A DNA stretch of 64,000 nucleotides from Aotus nancymaae. Taxonomy: Eukaryota. Both the position numbers and the translations under genes were made by a program. This document shows positions 1 to 13,699 of the stretch, one piece after another. How positions within the stretch are numbered: the stretch's first letter is position 1; each line of letters starts with the position of its first letter. The notes under the pieces are model-generated. The model was not told where the DNA came from, searched no databases, and saw nothing but the letters and a program-made list of their open reading frames with translations. The stretch covers positions 6,451,875 to 6,515,874 of the forward strand of contig NW_026988420.1 in assembly GCF_030222135.1 (NCBI RefSeq). Reading direction: 5' to 3'.

Positions 1-946
1 AAACTTAACAGAAGAGGACCACATAACAGACTATATTAGTCTCCTCAGGCTGCCACCCCCAAACACCACAGATTAGGCAGCTTAAACAGTAGATTTATTT
101 CTCACAGTTCTGGAGGCTGGGAGTCCAAGATCAAGGCACCAGCAGGGCCAGTTTCTGGTGAGGCCTCTCGCTCAGCTTGCACACAGCACCTTCTCACTGT
201 GCCCCTCATGTGGCTATTTCTTTGTGCACACAGAGAGAAAGGAACAGAGAAAGCTCTGTTGCCTCTTCCTCTTAGAATGACACTAGTCTTTAACCGTAGA
301 AAAGAAGGTTCACAGCATTTATAAGATTATTTAACGTATTTACAAAATTGTAATAGAAACTCTTGTTTTATTAGAACATTAGTTTGGATGAGTTCAAGTC
401 ATTTTGCCATTTTACAACCCACTTGGAAGACTTTGCTATTGCCATGCAAATGTTCAGTTTAGCTCATCGTCCTGTCAGACTAGGTAAGTTATATGAAAAA
501 CCATTCAATTTTTATCATCTATAAACAGTTTTACTATATTCTTCAATTCTAAATACTACCAGTCAAGGAACAAATTATAAGTAAAAATAATGTGGTTATT
601 CTAGCTTTTAATGTGGCTATTCTAGCTTTACAATACCAGTACTTCAATTAAATGGTTACTTTATTTACTTTTATATTCTCATTCTCCTAAAAAGAAGGAG
701 GAATTATTTAAATATATGTCTATAGCATTGATTAAATTAAAATAGCTCATTTATCTTGCAGTGACTTTAATGCCATCTCTCAACTTACAATTTGAATATT
801 TTCTTCATGGGCATTTTTGTTTTTGTTTTACTTCCCAAATAATAAAAATTTGGATTTGCTTTTACTTCTCAAATAATGAAAATTTAGATTAGTTCCACTT
901 AGACTATTTCATGTAGTTGATGAGTTGTTTTATCTTTGTTTTTTAG

Positions 947-1104
947 CCGAGTTTAAGAGAGCTGTGAAAGTAGCAACAGGACAAGAGCTCTCAAACAATA
1001 TTTTGGACACTGTCTTCAAGATCTTTGATTTGGACGGTGATGAATGTCTTAGTCATGAAGAGTTTCTTGGGGTGTTAAAAAACAGAATGCATCGAGGTTT
1101 ATGG
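947..1104 (+). CDS. MICU2: MICU2 (EFHA1) penultimate coding exon: ...EFKRAVKVATGQELSNNILDTVFKIFDLDGDECLSHEEFLGVLKNRMHRGLW
   Basis: Acceptor ttttag|CC at 945-946 and donor TGG|GTAACC at 1104/1105. The translation contains a canonical EF-hand loop DLDGDECLSHEE and matches the MICU2 C-terminal region as I remember it. It splices in frame to the exon at 2901. Confidence 0.75.
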
Positions 1105-1326
1105 GTAACCAATTTTTTTATATAATACATGTTTACATTATCATTAACTGAATGATATTAAACCTAGAATTTGGGCAAATGTACAGTGTTTAAATGGAGT
1201 TTTCATCATTTAGAAAAAGATTATAAGCTGTAATTGAAATATGGAAATATACTTTATGTATGAGATTAGACATTTTCTTCGATTTTTAAAAAATAATCTG
1301 AATCTAATCAGAAATCACTATTTAAA

Positions 1327-1408
1327 GTTGCCGTGAGCTATGATCGCACCTTTGCACTCTAACCTGTACAACAGAGCAAGACCTTGTCTATTTAAAAAAA
1401 AAAAAAAT
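1327..1408 (+). mobile_element. Alu 3'-end fragment with A-tail
   Basis: gagctatgatcgcacctttgcactctaacctg...agcaagaccttgtctatttaaaaaaaaaaaa matches the Alu 3' end consensus. Confidence 0.6.
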
Positions 1409-1448
1409 TTTTTTTTAAAAAGAAAATGCTATTCAGAAATATAGTCTA

Positions 1449-1570
1449 GCCGAACATGGTGGCTCACATCTGTAATCCCAGCAGGAGGCCAAGGTGGGCA
1501 GATCACTTTAGGCCGGGAGTTCGAGACCAGCTTGGGTAACACCATAAGACTCTGTTTCTACAAAAAAAGG
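1449..1570 (+). mobile_element. Alu left-monomer-like fragment (FLAM-like)
   Basis: gccgaacatggtggctcacatctgtaatcccagc...gttcgagaccagcttggg, then an A-rich tail. There is no right arm. Confidence 0.6.
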
Positions 1571-1950
1571 AAAAAGAAATCATACCCTAGTATTTGACTA
1601 ACTACATGTAATTAGGTATATGTAAATTCAAATCCCAGCTCTACTGTTTATTAACTGCTGAATCTTGCAAAGCCACTTAATTTTTCTTAGTCTCAGATTC
1701 TTTATCCATACCATGAGGAAACTAATCTATCAGAAAGCATTATTGTAAGAATTTAATGTGAAATACTTAGTATAGTAGCTGAGATAATGAAATTAATTTC
1801 ACCATTAGCATTATTCACTCAAAGTCATATATGAGTCTGTACTTATGGGACAGATCAAATTCAGATTTTCTTTTAGATTAGAATGTGCTAGAAGCACTCT
1901 CAGAAAAGAAGTCTGCAAGGGGAAAACTAGGATCCAAAGAGACCCTACAT

Positions 1951-2016
1951 GGTAGGTAGGTAGGTAGACAGACAGACAGACAAGAAGAAAGAAAGGAGGG
2001 GGAGAGAGAGAGAGAG
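1951..2016. repeat. Simple repeat (TAGG)n(CAGA)n(GA)n
   Basis: ggtaggtaggtaggtagacagacagacagaca...ggagagagagagagaga. Confidence 0.8.
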
Positions 2017-2900
2017 AATATGGTACTATGCATGAAAATAAAGCTATTTACAGCTTAGAAAAGCAATTCCATTTCCTGCAACAAATATAACTTAGGGAAA
2101 AATAATAAATATGATTTTCATTAGCAAACACAATATTTTATAAGCTTTGCAGTTATCCAACACCCCATAAATATATTTCTGAAAATAAGCCAGTCTTTAC
2201 AGTTCACAGTTTAATGTACCTCTTTGCCCTTTCTCAGAAGACATTAAAAAGAAGAGCTGTAAATCAGTCACAGGAAAAAGAACATATATAATCTGGAGTA
2301 GAATTTTGCTTGCACTTGGCTAATTTCCATCAATGCTATGTTCCTGTGGTCACCAGGATCCAAATATTTTCTAACCTTTACCTTTTTATTGAGAGAAATA
2401 GTAATCCACACATATTTTTTGCTAACAAATGTTGCACATGAATTAGATTATTTCTTGACACTTTTCATTAAATATTTTGTGACCTATTGCTTCTTTTTTA
2501 GTTTTAGCCAACATTAAATCAAAACTTTGGGTTTATAATTTTATTCCACACAGCTAAATAAAGTTGACCAGAAAAAGGGAAAGATTATAAAACATTATAA
2601 AATAATTAAAGCCAGTATGTGAAAGAAGATGGCCCAACATCTTTATTACCCTCTTACAGAAGAAACTCCATTAATGTGTGCTGAGTCTGGTTCCACTCCC
2701 TAGTTACGTTAAGTGTAGTCACATTCACTTTTTGTCTTTTACCCTCATTTTACAGTTCTGTTGTGATCATCTTTTACAACACAATCCATCCTCAACTACT
2801 TTTGGAGGAGGGAAGGAAATAAACAGTAACGTAAACTACACATGAAATCATGTTTAACCTTGAAGACAGTGACCCCTTGATGTTTACTTTTGGTTAACAG

Positions 2901-3005
2901 GTACCACAACATCAGAGTATACAAGAATACTGGAAGTGTGTGAAGAAAGAAAGCATTAAAGGCGTAAAAGAAGTCTGGAAACAAGCTGGAAAGGGGCTTT
3001 TTTAA
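2901..3005 (+). CDS. MICU2: MICU2 terminal coding exon: VPQHQSIQEYWKCVKKESIKGVKEVWKQAGKGLF*
   Basis: Acceptor ttaacag|GTACCA. The reading frame is continuous with exon 947-1104 (GLW|VPQ). Stop TAA at 3003-3005. The peptide matches the MICU2 C-terminus as I remember it. Confidence 0.75.
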   Translation, partial: VPQHQSIQEYWKCVKKESIKGVKEVWKQAGKGLF

Positions 3006-3830
3006 TAAAAGCTGTAATAATATGGCAAGTATGTTGCTCCAAATGTCAAAATTTGTGATTTTTAGAAGTACTAGCTATATATCTTCATAAATCTTCATTG
3101 ATATTCTTTATGATATAAGCATATCTTGACTTACTTTCTGATTTATAATTTTACTAAAGAACTTAGAAAAGTAAGTATAAAAATAGATATTGGATTCTGT
3201 CAGAAGGCCTAGATTTGAAATAATGTTTTGTACTTTGGTAAGATGGAAAGCTTAGTAAAGATTCACTGATTTCTTAGACACTCTAATGTGATACGCTTTC
3301 TGGTAGGATAAAACAGGTACATATAGGAACAAGTACTTGAGACCAAGGCCAGTATCAATTCCAGACATCCTGATGTTCCTAATAGGGTAAATGAAGTTAA
3401 AAACTTATTTCAGATTTTTCTCATCTGTATCTTATGTCTCATAAATTTATTGTATATTTTATGTCAGTAGCTTAGCTGTTTATTGTCTTTAACATGTAAA
3501 TTTCAACATTCTATCTGGAAGCAGAATAAAATATTCACATAGATATAAAAAATACTGAAAGGTGCTTTTTATTTTTCACTTGTTTTTAAAACTACTTTTT
3601 TAAAAAATTATAAATACTCGTCATCCCTTGCCAACCTTAGGAGTTCTTAAAGACTAGTGTAGTTGGGAGAAATTTTGATTGCAAGGTCAAGGTCTCATGG
3701 GATATATTAGGTTATGGAAAACGTTTAAAATGGTGTCAAATTAATTGGCATTAAACTGAATATAAAATGCTATTATAAAATGGCATTTTTTAAAAACACA
3801 GTAAATAAAAATTATAAAAAACTTGTGTGT
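3006..3830 (+). other. MICU2: Putative MICU2 3'UTR. Candidate poly(A) signals AATAAA lie near 3524 and 3803.
   Basis: AT-rich non-coding sequence immediately after the stop codon. The end point is a guess from the poly(A) signals only. Confidence 0.35.
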
Positions 3831-5819
3831 CAGACACACAATTTAAGAAATTTCAAATATGTAAAACCAGTTCCATTCTCTAGAGAACTGGCTAATTCCA
3901 AGGCTGTGACAGGGAAATTCCAAGATAAGGCTAGAACATCCTGTGCCTAAAAGTAAAGAAAGGCTCACGGAGAGGTGAAGAGGCAGAAGGACAGAGCCAG
4001 CCTGAAGAGGCTGCCCCTGTCTAATCTGGTTCCACTCAAGGATCAGAACAATTAATGTCGGTAATAGATTATAGCTTACTGAATAAGAATTCATGAGTTA
4101 CACCAAAAATTAATTAATGAGGCCAGAGAAACCTCTCCCTTTTTGTTGAAGGATAATGCCTTGAAATGTGTTAATCCACTAAACTGAAAAACTCTCCCAC
4201 ACAATTTAATGATTGAAATCGACAAGGGGCAAAATCTTTTGTCCATGTATTAAAAATAGTTTGCTGCTGATTGAAAAACAAATTTGCTCTAATGAATTGT
4301 TTTAGAAATAATTGCTTATAAAATAATTTTTTTATCTTATAAAACCAAAAGAAACTATAGGTATGAATGAATCCTCCATTTTATCTGTCAGCCACAAAAA
4401 TGCTGACTCGTCACCTGTCTTTCCAGATGCCCTTATGGGTAAAGATTAGGGGCACAAAAATTAGGATGGTTTCTCATGCCTTCACAGGCTCCACTTTTTC
4501 AGCCTCACCTGGCACTGATTTGTTCTGCCCTACTTTTCACAGCATTCCATGAATACTGTGCTGTGCCCCAGCAACGTAAAACTCCTGGTCTTTCTTCATG
4601 TGCACCATGTGTGTTTCACATTTCCCTACCCCCAAGCTTTTACACATGCCATCTCCTGACAGCGATGCCTTTCCCCTGTCCTCTTGATGAAATTCTAGAC
4701 ATCAAGGTGCCATCCACATATCAGATTTATCTCTACTAAAGTATTAAATCAAGAGCAGGAGCACTGCTTTAGTCATCTTTATATACCAGTCTAGCTGAAT
4801 CCCTGGCATCCAACAAATGTTTGTTGAACAGAAAGAAGAGAGGGAGTGAGGGAAGAAGAAAGGAGAAAGGTGGGACGGGAAGAGCTAGTCAAGTTCATAA
4901 GTCAACAAAGAAGTATGCCAAAAACCTGCTAGGAACCAGGCATACAACGATGAATTAAATGGTTCCTGCTGTCATGGAACTTATAGAAGGTGAAGACTCA
5001 GAACTAACCACGAAACATTTTAAGTATATATATACAACTACAAACTAAGATCAAAAAAAGCGATGTTAGAGATCAGACTTTCTTACACAGGAGTATTTAG
5101 AGGGCTGAGGATACAGTTTTCAATTTTTCGAGGCTAAAAGGAAATTAACAGAAGATTTCTGAAAATGAATAAAGTTCATCATGTGATTACTACAGAACTA
5201 CTTGATCCCATTTGAAAAGAATATGAATAAATGTCTGTATCAAATAAGCAAACTAGATTTGCCAGTGTCTCCTAAGAGTTCGGAGACTTTCACCTGGAAA
5301 ACAGCTGAAGCTTGTATTTCTCTGCTTATCCCTTCAAGGTGGGGGACAGTTGCAGTGGGTAGCTGAGCCCTGCCTTCGCTGGTCTTCTTGCCTACTCCCT
5401 CAGGAATCTCATCACACCTCTGGCTTCTGTTCTCTCCTCACCTTCAGGCCCCGTTGCTTTCTAGATGTCTCCATTTGGTTTGTCCAACTCGGCACATCCA
5501 AAACTGACCTGATTATGTCTCCCTCTTTTTCCAAACTTCATTTCTTCATGTCTTCTGCCTTACTGAGCGTCTCCCACAAGAGACCAACTGGGAACCAGGC
5601 AGTTATCCAGGAGCCTCACTCCCTTAATCCTCCATAGTCAATCATGTCCTATCAATTCTGCTTCCTCAAAGTTGCCCAACTTGTGCTCCAGCTTCCAACC
5701 CCGTTGCCACTGCCTTAGTTCAAGCCCTGATTATTCATTACTTAGATGATCTCAATAGAATCCTAACTTGCCCTTTCTCCAGCCCATTGTAAGGCACAGC
5801 AATTAAGCATCCAAACTCT

Positions 5820-6000
5820 GCTGTTAGACTACCTGGATTCAAATCTCAGCTTCACCACATTAGTTACATAACTCACCATATAACGTTTGGCAAAGTACTT
5901 GACTTCTCTGTGCCCATTTTTTCATCTAAAAAGGAATGATTTTAGTTCTGATGTCATAGCATTTTTGTGAGGATTGGGATGATACGTAAAACTAGAGTAA
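5820..6000 (+). mobile_element. MIR-like SINE fragment
   Basis: ...ggattcaaatctcagcttcaccac...ctctgtgcccattttttcatctaaaaaggaatga...gtgaggattgggatgatacgtaaa resembles the MIR core and 3' region. Confidence 0.3.
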
Positions 6001-6150
6001 ACCTTTAGCAGCTTTTAAATACTATTGCTGTTAACTTATTTGAGATCCTCCTTTACAACACTTATTTTCTGAAGCATAAATCTGATCATGTCACTACACT
6101 TCTGATAATCTTACCACACTAAAATGGCTTTAAAAATAAAATTCAACTCA

Positions 6151-6453
<303 letters not shown>

Positions 6454-6870
6454 TCAACTCTACATGCTTTTGCCCCATCTATCTTTCTCATATCCTAACA
6501 CTTGCCCCACACACCTTGCACTTACTAGTGCTCCTATTGAAGATGCTCCCACCTGCCTAACTGCATGTGCCATTTTATCTGTGAGGTTTTCCATTTTTCT
6601 CCCTGCTTTTCCCTCACATTCATTTAGGTATACATGCTGTTAGTTCCTTCACACATTTCTGTCCACATATCTTTCAAGCCTCATTAAAGTATACTGGAAT
6701 TCTTTTATATATTTGCTTTTTATTGGCTATTTATTGAGAACAACAACATGACTCTTTAAACACTATCTCCCAGCATCCATCAAAAAGCTGGCACATACTG
6801 GTTGCTCAAAAAATGTTTGAATAAAAAGGAATGAATGAACAAAAGGAAAGTAGAACAAGAAATATCCCTG

Positions 6871-7250
<380 letters not shown>

Positions 7251-7451
7251 TTAAGGGAGCTTTAAGACAGCTCTGGTTTGGCCTTTGCTTTGGACATAGA
7301 TAGCAAATATCAAGAGAGACTGGCCAGTTTCTGATATGGTTAGAAAGCAGAACAGGTTCTGGGAGGGGAAACAAATTGAAATACCTTCTCAAAGTTTGGA
7401 AACAAGGTTACCCTCCAGGAGTTAAATTATATAATCAAAGCATAATGTAGG

Positions 7452-7747
7452 GACCAGACATAGTGGCTCATGCCTGTAATCCCAGTAATTTGGGAGGCCA
7501 AGGCGGGCAGATCACTTGAAGTCAGGAGTTCAAGACAAGCCTGGCCAACATAGTGAAACCGCATCTCTACTAAAAATACAAAATTAGCTGGGTGTGGTGA
7601 GAGGCTCCTGTAATCCCAGTGACGCAGGAGGCCAAGGCAAGAGAATCACTTGAAATCAGGGAGTAAAGTTTGCAGTGAGCCGAGATTGCACCATTGCACT
7701 CCAGCCTGGGTAATAAAGTGAAACTCTGTCTCAAAAGAAAAAAAAGG
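7452..7747 (+). mobile_element. Alu (full length), TSD ataatgtaggga
   Basis: Starts ggaccagacatagtggctcatgcctgtaatcccag and ends gtctcaaaagaaaaaaaa. The flanking direct repeat ataatgtaggga sits at 7441-7453 and 7748-7760. Confidence 0.85.
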
Positions 7748-9939
7748 TATAATGTAGGGAATGTCAGGGAAGATGACAGAGCAGGAGGATCCAGTAATCT
7801 GTCTCTTCACCTAAACAACTATTGAACTGGCAGAAATTGTCTATTTTGGAACACTTCTGACATCTGAGGGAGAGAGTGATGAAATTGGTAGTAAATTTTG
7901 GTGAACTTCAGCCTTTTGTGATGTAGCAGCAACAGGAAAAAGCCTGCCAACCAGCACCAGGAAACTGTCAGAGAAGCAGCCCACATTTCTGGTGCAGCTT
8001 CCTGGAACCAGTGTAGGCACAAAGGACCTTATCCTCCAGGAGTGGGAAGTCATGTGTTTTGCTAGATGCTTGCTGCTTTTGATTGTGAGGGACCAGGCTG
8101 GACGCCAACCATTTTTTAATGCCCACCTCACAGGTTGAAGCAGCTTCCCAGCCACAGGAGGTTTAAAGAGACAGGATCTCTTCCCTCCTTCTTGAGAACC
8201 AGACATTTAAGGACATTTAACTGTAGAGACAATGGAAAAGAAACCTCAGTGGCCACACACAACAAGGAAGATACACTTTGCAAAAATAGTTTGGAAAAGG
8301 CACAAATAGGAATGGGTCCAGCCTGCAACAAGCAAAAACAAATAATTTCTGAGGAGTAGAATTAGATTCCACAGGAACTATAAAATAATGCTCAGAATAA
8401 CCAGTTCCCAACAAAAAAATTATAAAACATGTAAAGCAACAGGAAAGTATGATCCTTTCACAGGATATGAAGAATTTCACAGAAACCATACCTAAAGAAG
8501 ACTAGACTTTGGAATTATTAGTCAAAGATGTTAAATCAATTGTTTTAAATACATTCAATATATTTTCTAAAGGAAACCATGAATAAACACTAATAGAAAT
8601 CAGGAAAACAATGTCTGAACAAAATGAGAATATAAATAAAGAGACAGAAATTATAAAAAGGAGCCAAACGAATTCTGAAGCTGAAATCTGTAATAACTGA
8701 AATGAAAAATGCAACAGAGGGATTCAACAGTAGGTTTGAACAAGGAAAAGAGAGGAAGACATTAGAAATTACCCAGTCTAAGGAAAAGAAAGAAAGAGTG
8801 AAGAAAAATGAAGAGAACCCGAGGAACCTCTGGGACCTCATCAAGCATACCAAGTACACATTATAGGAATCCCAGAAGGAGAAGACAGAGAGAAAGGAGA
8901 AGCAAAAAATTTGAATAGAAAAATTCCCAAATCTGATTAAAAACATGAATATATACATCTAAGAAGCTCAATGAACTCCAAGCAGGAAAATTTTAAAGAG
9001 ATACATATTGAGACATATAGTCAAATTATCAACTCCCATAGACAAAAAGAGAATTTTGAAAGCAGCAAGATAGAAGTGACTCATGCATGTACAAGAGACC
9101 TTCAATAAGAATGAGAGTTTATCTCCCACCAGAAACCATGGAGGCCAAAAGGCACTAGATGACATATTTAAAATCTTGAAAGAAAAAAAACTGTCAACTG
9201 AGAACTCTATATACAGCAAAATTATACTTTAAGAATGAAGGATAAATTAAGATATATCCAGATTAAAAAGACTGAGTCCATTTATTACCAGTATCTACCC
9301 TACAAGAAATGCTAAAGGGAGTGCTTCAGGCCGAAATGAAAGGATAATAGACAGTAATTCAAAGACAGAAAAAAAAATACTACTAAAGGTAACTTCATAA
9401 GTATATATAAAAAAAGTCACTGGGCCACAAATATGTGGAAACTAACAACACACTCAAACAACCAATGAGTCAAAAAAAAAAAGGGAAATTAGAACATACA
9501 TTGAGACCAATAAAAATGAAAACACAACAGCAAAACTATAAGATACAGTGAAAGCAGTGCTAAGAGGAAAAGTAATTGCTGTAAATGTTTACATTTAAGA
9601 AGAACAATAACCTCAAATCAACAACTTAACTTTACACCTTAAGAAACCAGAAAGAGAACAAATGAAATCTAAAGATAGAAGGAAGGAAACAATAAAGATT
9701 AGAGCTGTGATAAATGAAAGAGGGAAAGAATAGAAAAACAATAGAGAAAATCAATGAAACCAAGAGTTGATTTCTTTTGAAAAGATCAAAGTTAGTTAGC
9801 AGGCATTTAGCTAGACTGACTAAGAAAAAAACCGAAGACTCAATTAAGATTAGAAATGAAAGAGAGGACATTACAAGTGATCTTACAGAAATAAAAAGGG
9901 TTATAAGAAAATATTATGAACAATTTTGTATGACCACAA

Positions 9940-10015
9940 ATTGGATAGCTACAGTGAGCTATAGTCACACCACTGCACTCCAGCCTGGGTGACAGAGTGA
10001 GATCTTGTCTCTTAA
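9940..10015 (+). mobile_element. Alu 3' fragment
   Basis: cagtgagctatagtcacaccactgcactccagcctgggtgacagagtgagatcttgtctc. Confidence 0.6.
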
Positions 10016-10061
10016 AATAAGAATGAACAATACAAAAAAAGAAATTAAGAAAACGATTCCT

Positions 10062-10378
10062 ACCGTGCGAGGTGGCTCACGCCTGTAATCCCAACACTTT
10101 GGGAGGCCGAGGGGGGTGGATCACGAGGTCAAGAGATCGAGACCATCCTGGCCAACATGGTGAAACCCCATCTCTGCTAAAAATACAAAAAAAAATAAGC
10201 CAGGCATGGTGGCACACGCCTGTGGTTCCTGCTACTCAGGAGGCTGAGGTGGAAGAATCGCTTGAACCCAGGAGGCAGAAGTTACAGTGAGTCAAGATTG
10301 TGCCACTGCACTCCAGCCTGGTGACACAGCAAGACTCTATCTAAAATTAAAAAAAAGAAAAAGAAAAAGAAAAGAAAA
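10062..10378 (+). mobile_element. Alu (full length)
   Basis: Starts gtgcgaggtggctcacgcctgtaatcccaacactttgggaggccgagg and ends cagcaagactctatctaaaattaaaaaaaagaaaaagaaaa. Confidence 0.9.
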
Positions 10379-10384
10379 CTATTC

Positions 10385-10988
<604 letters not shown>

Positions 10989-10994
10989 TGATGT

Positions 10995-11284
<290 letters not shown>

Positions 11285-11454
11285 TAAAACTATTCCATTT
11301 ATAGCAGAACCAAAAAGAATAAAATAACTAGGAATAAACTCAACCAAGGGGGAATAAGACTTGTACAAAACATTGCTGAAAAAAGTTTAAGAGAAATAAG
11401 TGGAAAGATATCTCATGTTCATGGATTGGAAGACAGTATTATTAAGATGTCAGT

Positions 11455-12930
11455 CTGGCGCTCCCAGTCGGCCGGCACATCTGCCGGGGACTCTTGGCCA
11501 GCAAGAGGGTTCCAACCTGAATAGGGGAGTGCATGGGGAGAAAAGAGAGAGAGATAGCAAGGTCCGGAGGGTCAAGTGAGCTTTTGCTCAAATGACAAAT
11601 TTATTTTGCATACAGTTAGTATATATATCTTTGTCCTACTTCGTTTGCAGGAATAGACACCAATATCTCATACATCAAAGGGAACAGAAAGTCCTGGCAT
11701 ACAAGCTTAGGCAGCAGATAACACAATAGTAAAATCGCATACATAATCAGATACAATCAAGTCGACCAGGTGGGTCTCATTACCAGGCTGGGGAAACCTA
11801 AAGTTAAAAAGTTAAATATGCAAGGCACCAGAGAGGCAGTAAGCCTGTTAACTGTGCAAACAGCAGTGAAAACTAAAGTTAAAAAGTTAACTATCTATGC
11901 AGGGCACCAGAGAGGCAGTAAGCCTGTTAACTGTGCAAACAGCAGTGAAAACTAAAGTTAAAAAGTTAACTATCTATGCAGGGAACCAGAGAGGCAGTAA
12001 GCCTGTTAACTGTGCAAACAGCAGTGAAGGCTAAAGTTAAAAAGTTAACTATCTATGCAGGGAACCAGAGAGGCAGTAAGCCTGTTAACTGTGCAAACAG
12101 CAGTGAAAACTAAAGTTAAAAAGTTAACTATCTATGCAGGGCACCAGAGAGGCAGTAAGCCTGTTAACTGTGCAAACAGCAGTGAAAACTAAAGTTAAAA
12201 AGTTAACTATCTATGCAGGGAACCAGAGAGGCAGTAAGCCTGTTAACTGTGCAAACAGCAGTGAAGGCTAAAGTTAAAAAGTTAACTATCTATGCAGGGA
12301 ACCAGAGAGGCAGTAAGCCTGTTAACTGTGCAAACAGCAGTGAAAACTAAAGTTAAAAAGTTAACTATCTATGCAGGGCACCAGAGAGGCAGTAAGCCTG
12401 TTAACTGTGCAAACAGCAGTGAAAACTAAAGTTAAAAAGTTAACTATCTATGCAGGGCACCAGAGAGGCAGTAAGCCTGTTAACTGTGCAAACAGCAGTG
12501 AAAACTAAAGTTAAAAAGTTAACTATCTATGCAGGGCACCAGAGAGGCAGTAAGCCTGTTAACTGTGCAAACAGCAGTGAAGGCTAAAGTTAAAAAGTTA
12601 ACTATCTATGCAAGGCACCAGAGAGGCAGTAAGCCTGTTATCTATGCAAACAGCAGTCACAAGAACAAGCACAGGAACCAGCAAATGGGTAGACAAAGTC
12701 ATAAAATGCAGAAACAGAAAATAAACACAATGTCTTCTCAGACCACATAGGTATCACCTTATCGTCTAGCAAAGTTGCTTTTAGATATCCTTTGATGTCA
12801 GTTTAACTTTCCCTGATCTTGACTGCCTCCAACGGGAAACTGTGTCCGGGCTCAAGCTCACTGTATGGTGTGGCCCAATTCCAAGGGGCTTCACATGGGA
12901 GCGATCCCCACATGTCAGTGCTACCCAAAG
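11455..12930. other. Unclassified ~1.5-kb insertion interrupting the L1 ORF2, carrying an internal 79-bp minisatellite
   Basis: The L1 ORF2 homology stops at about 11455 (...gaagacagtattattaagatgtcagt) and resumes at about 12930. The intervening sequence matches no repeat family that I recognise. Confidence 0.4.
11798..12660. repeat. Minisatellite: ~11 tandem copies of a 79-bp unit (agttaaaaagttaactatctatgcagggcaccagagaggcagtaagcctgttaactgtgcaaacagcagtgaaaactaa)
   Basis: The motif gcagtaagcctgttaactgtgcaaacagcagtgaa recurs at about 11838, 11917, 11996, 12075, 12154, 12233, 12312, 12391, 12470, 12549 and 12628, the last copy degenerate. Variant sites (gggCaccag/gggAaccag and gaaAActaa/gaaGGctaa) cycle with a 3-unit period, about 237 bp. 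Confidence 0.9.
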
Positions 12931-13699
12931 CAATCCTACAGATCCTACAGATTTAATTCTTATGAAAATTCCAATGGAAATTTTTGGAAAAATAGAAAAG
13001 TCCTTTTTAAAATTCATATGAAATCTCACAAGACTCTGAATAGCCACAACAATCTTGGAACAGAAGAACAAAGTTGGAGGACTCACACTTTCTTATTTCA
13101 AAACTTACTACAAAGTACAGTAATCAAGACAATGCGGTTCTGACATAAATACAGATATATTGACCATTGGAATAAAATGGAGACCCAAAAATATGCCCTC
13201 ACAAATATGGTCAAATGATTTTCAACACAGCTGCCGAGGACATTAAGTGGAAAAAGGATTGCCTTTTCAACAAATAGTTTTGAACGAACTGTATATTCAC
13301 GTGCAAAAGAATGAAGTTGGACCCTTACTTTTTGCCATATGCTAAAAATTAACTCAAAGTGTATCAAAAACCTAAACATAAGAGCTAAAACTATTAAATT
13401 CTTTTAAGAAAACAGGGGGAAAGCTTCATTACATTAGATTTGACAATGATTTCTTAGATATGACACCAAAAGCACAGGCAACAAGAGAAAAAAATATATA
13501 AATTGGTCTTTATCAAAATTTAAAACTTTTGTGTATCAAAGGGCACTATTCAGAGAATGAAAAGACAACTCAAAGAAGAGGAGAAAATATTCGCAGATCA
13601 TATATCTGATAGGGATTAATAACCAGAATATATAAATAACTCCTATAACTCAACAAGAATAACAACAAAATCCTAGTTAGAAAATAGTCAAGAATTCAA

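Noticed and set aside
8590-9219. Minus-strand ORFs of 83-122 aa in the 8.5-9.2 kb region
   Set aside because: They are antisense to L1 ORF1/ORF2 on the + strand, in AT-rich sequence. They give phenylalanine/leucine-rich nonsense peptides.
11798-12660. Regular 79-bp repeat array as a possible CRISPR array
   Set aside because: The units are contiguous with no unique spacers. The unit length and the eukaryotic context (L1/Alu flanks, human gene exons) identify it as a minisatellite.
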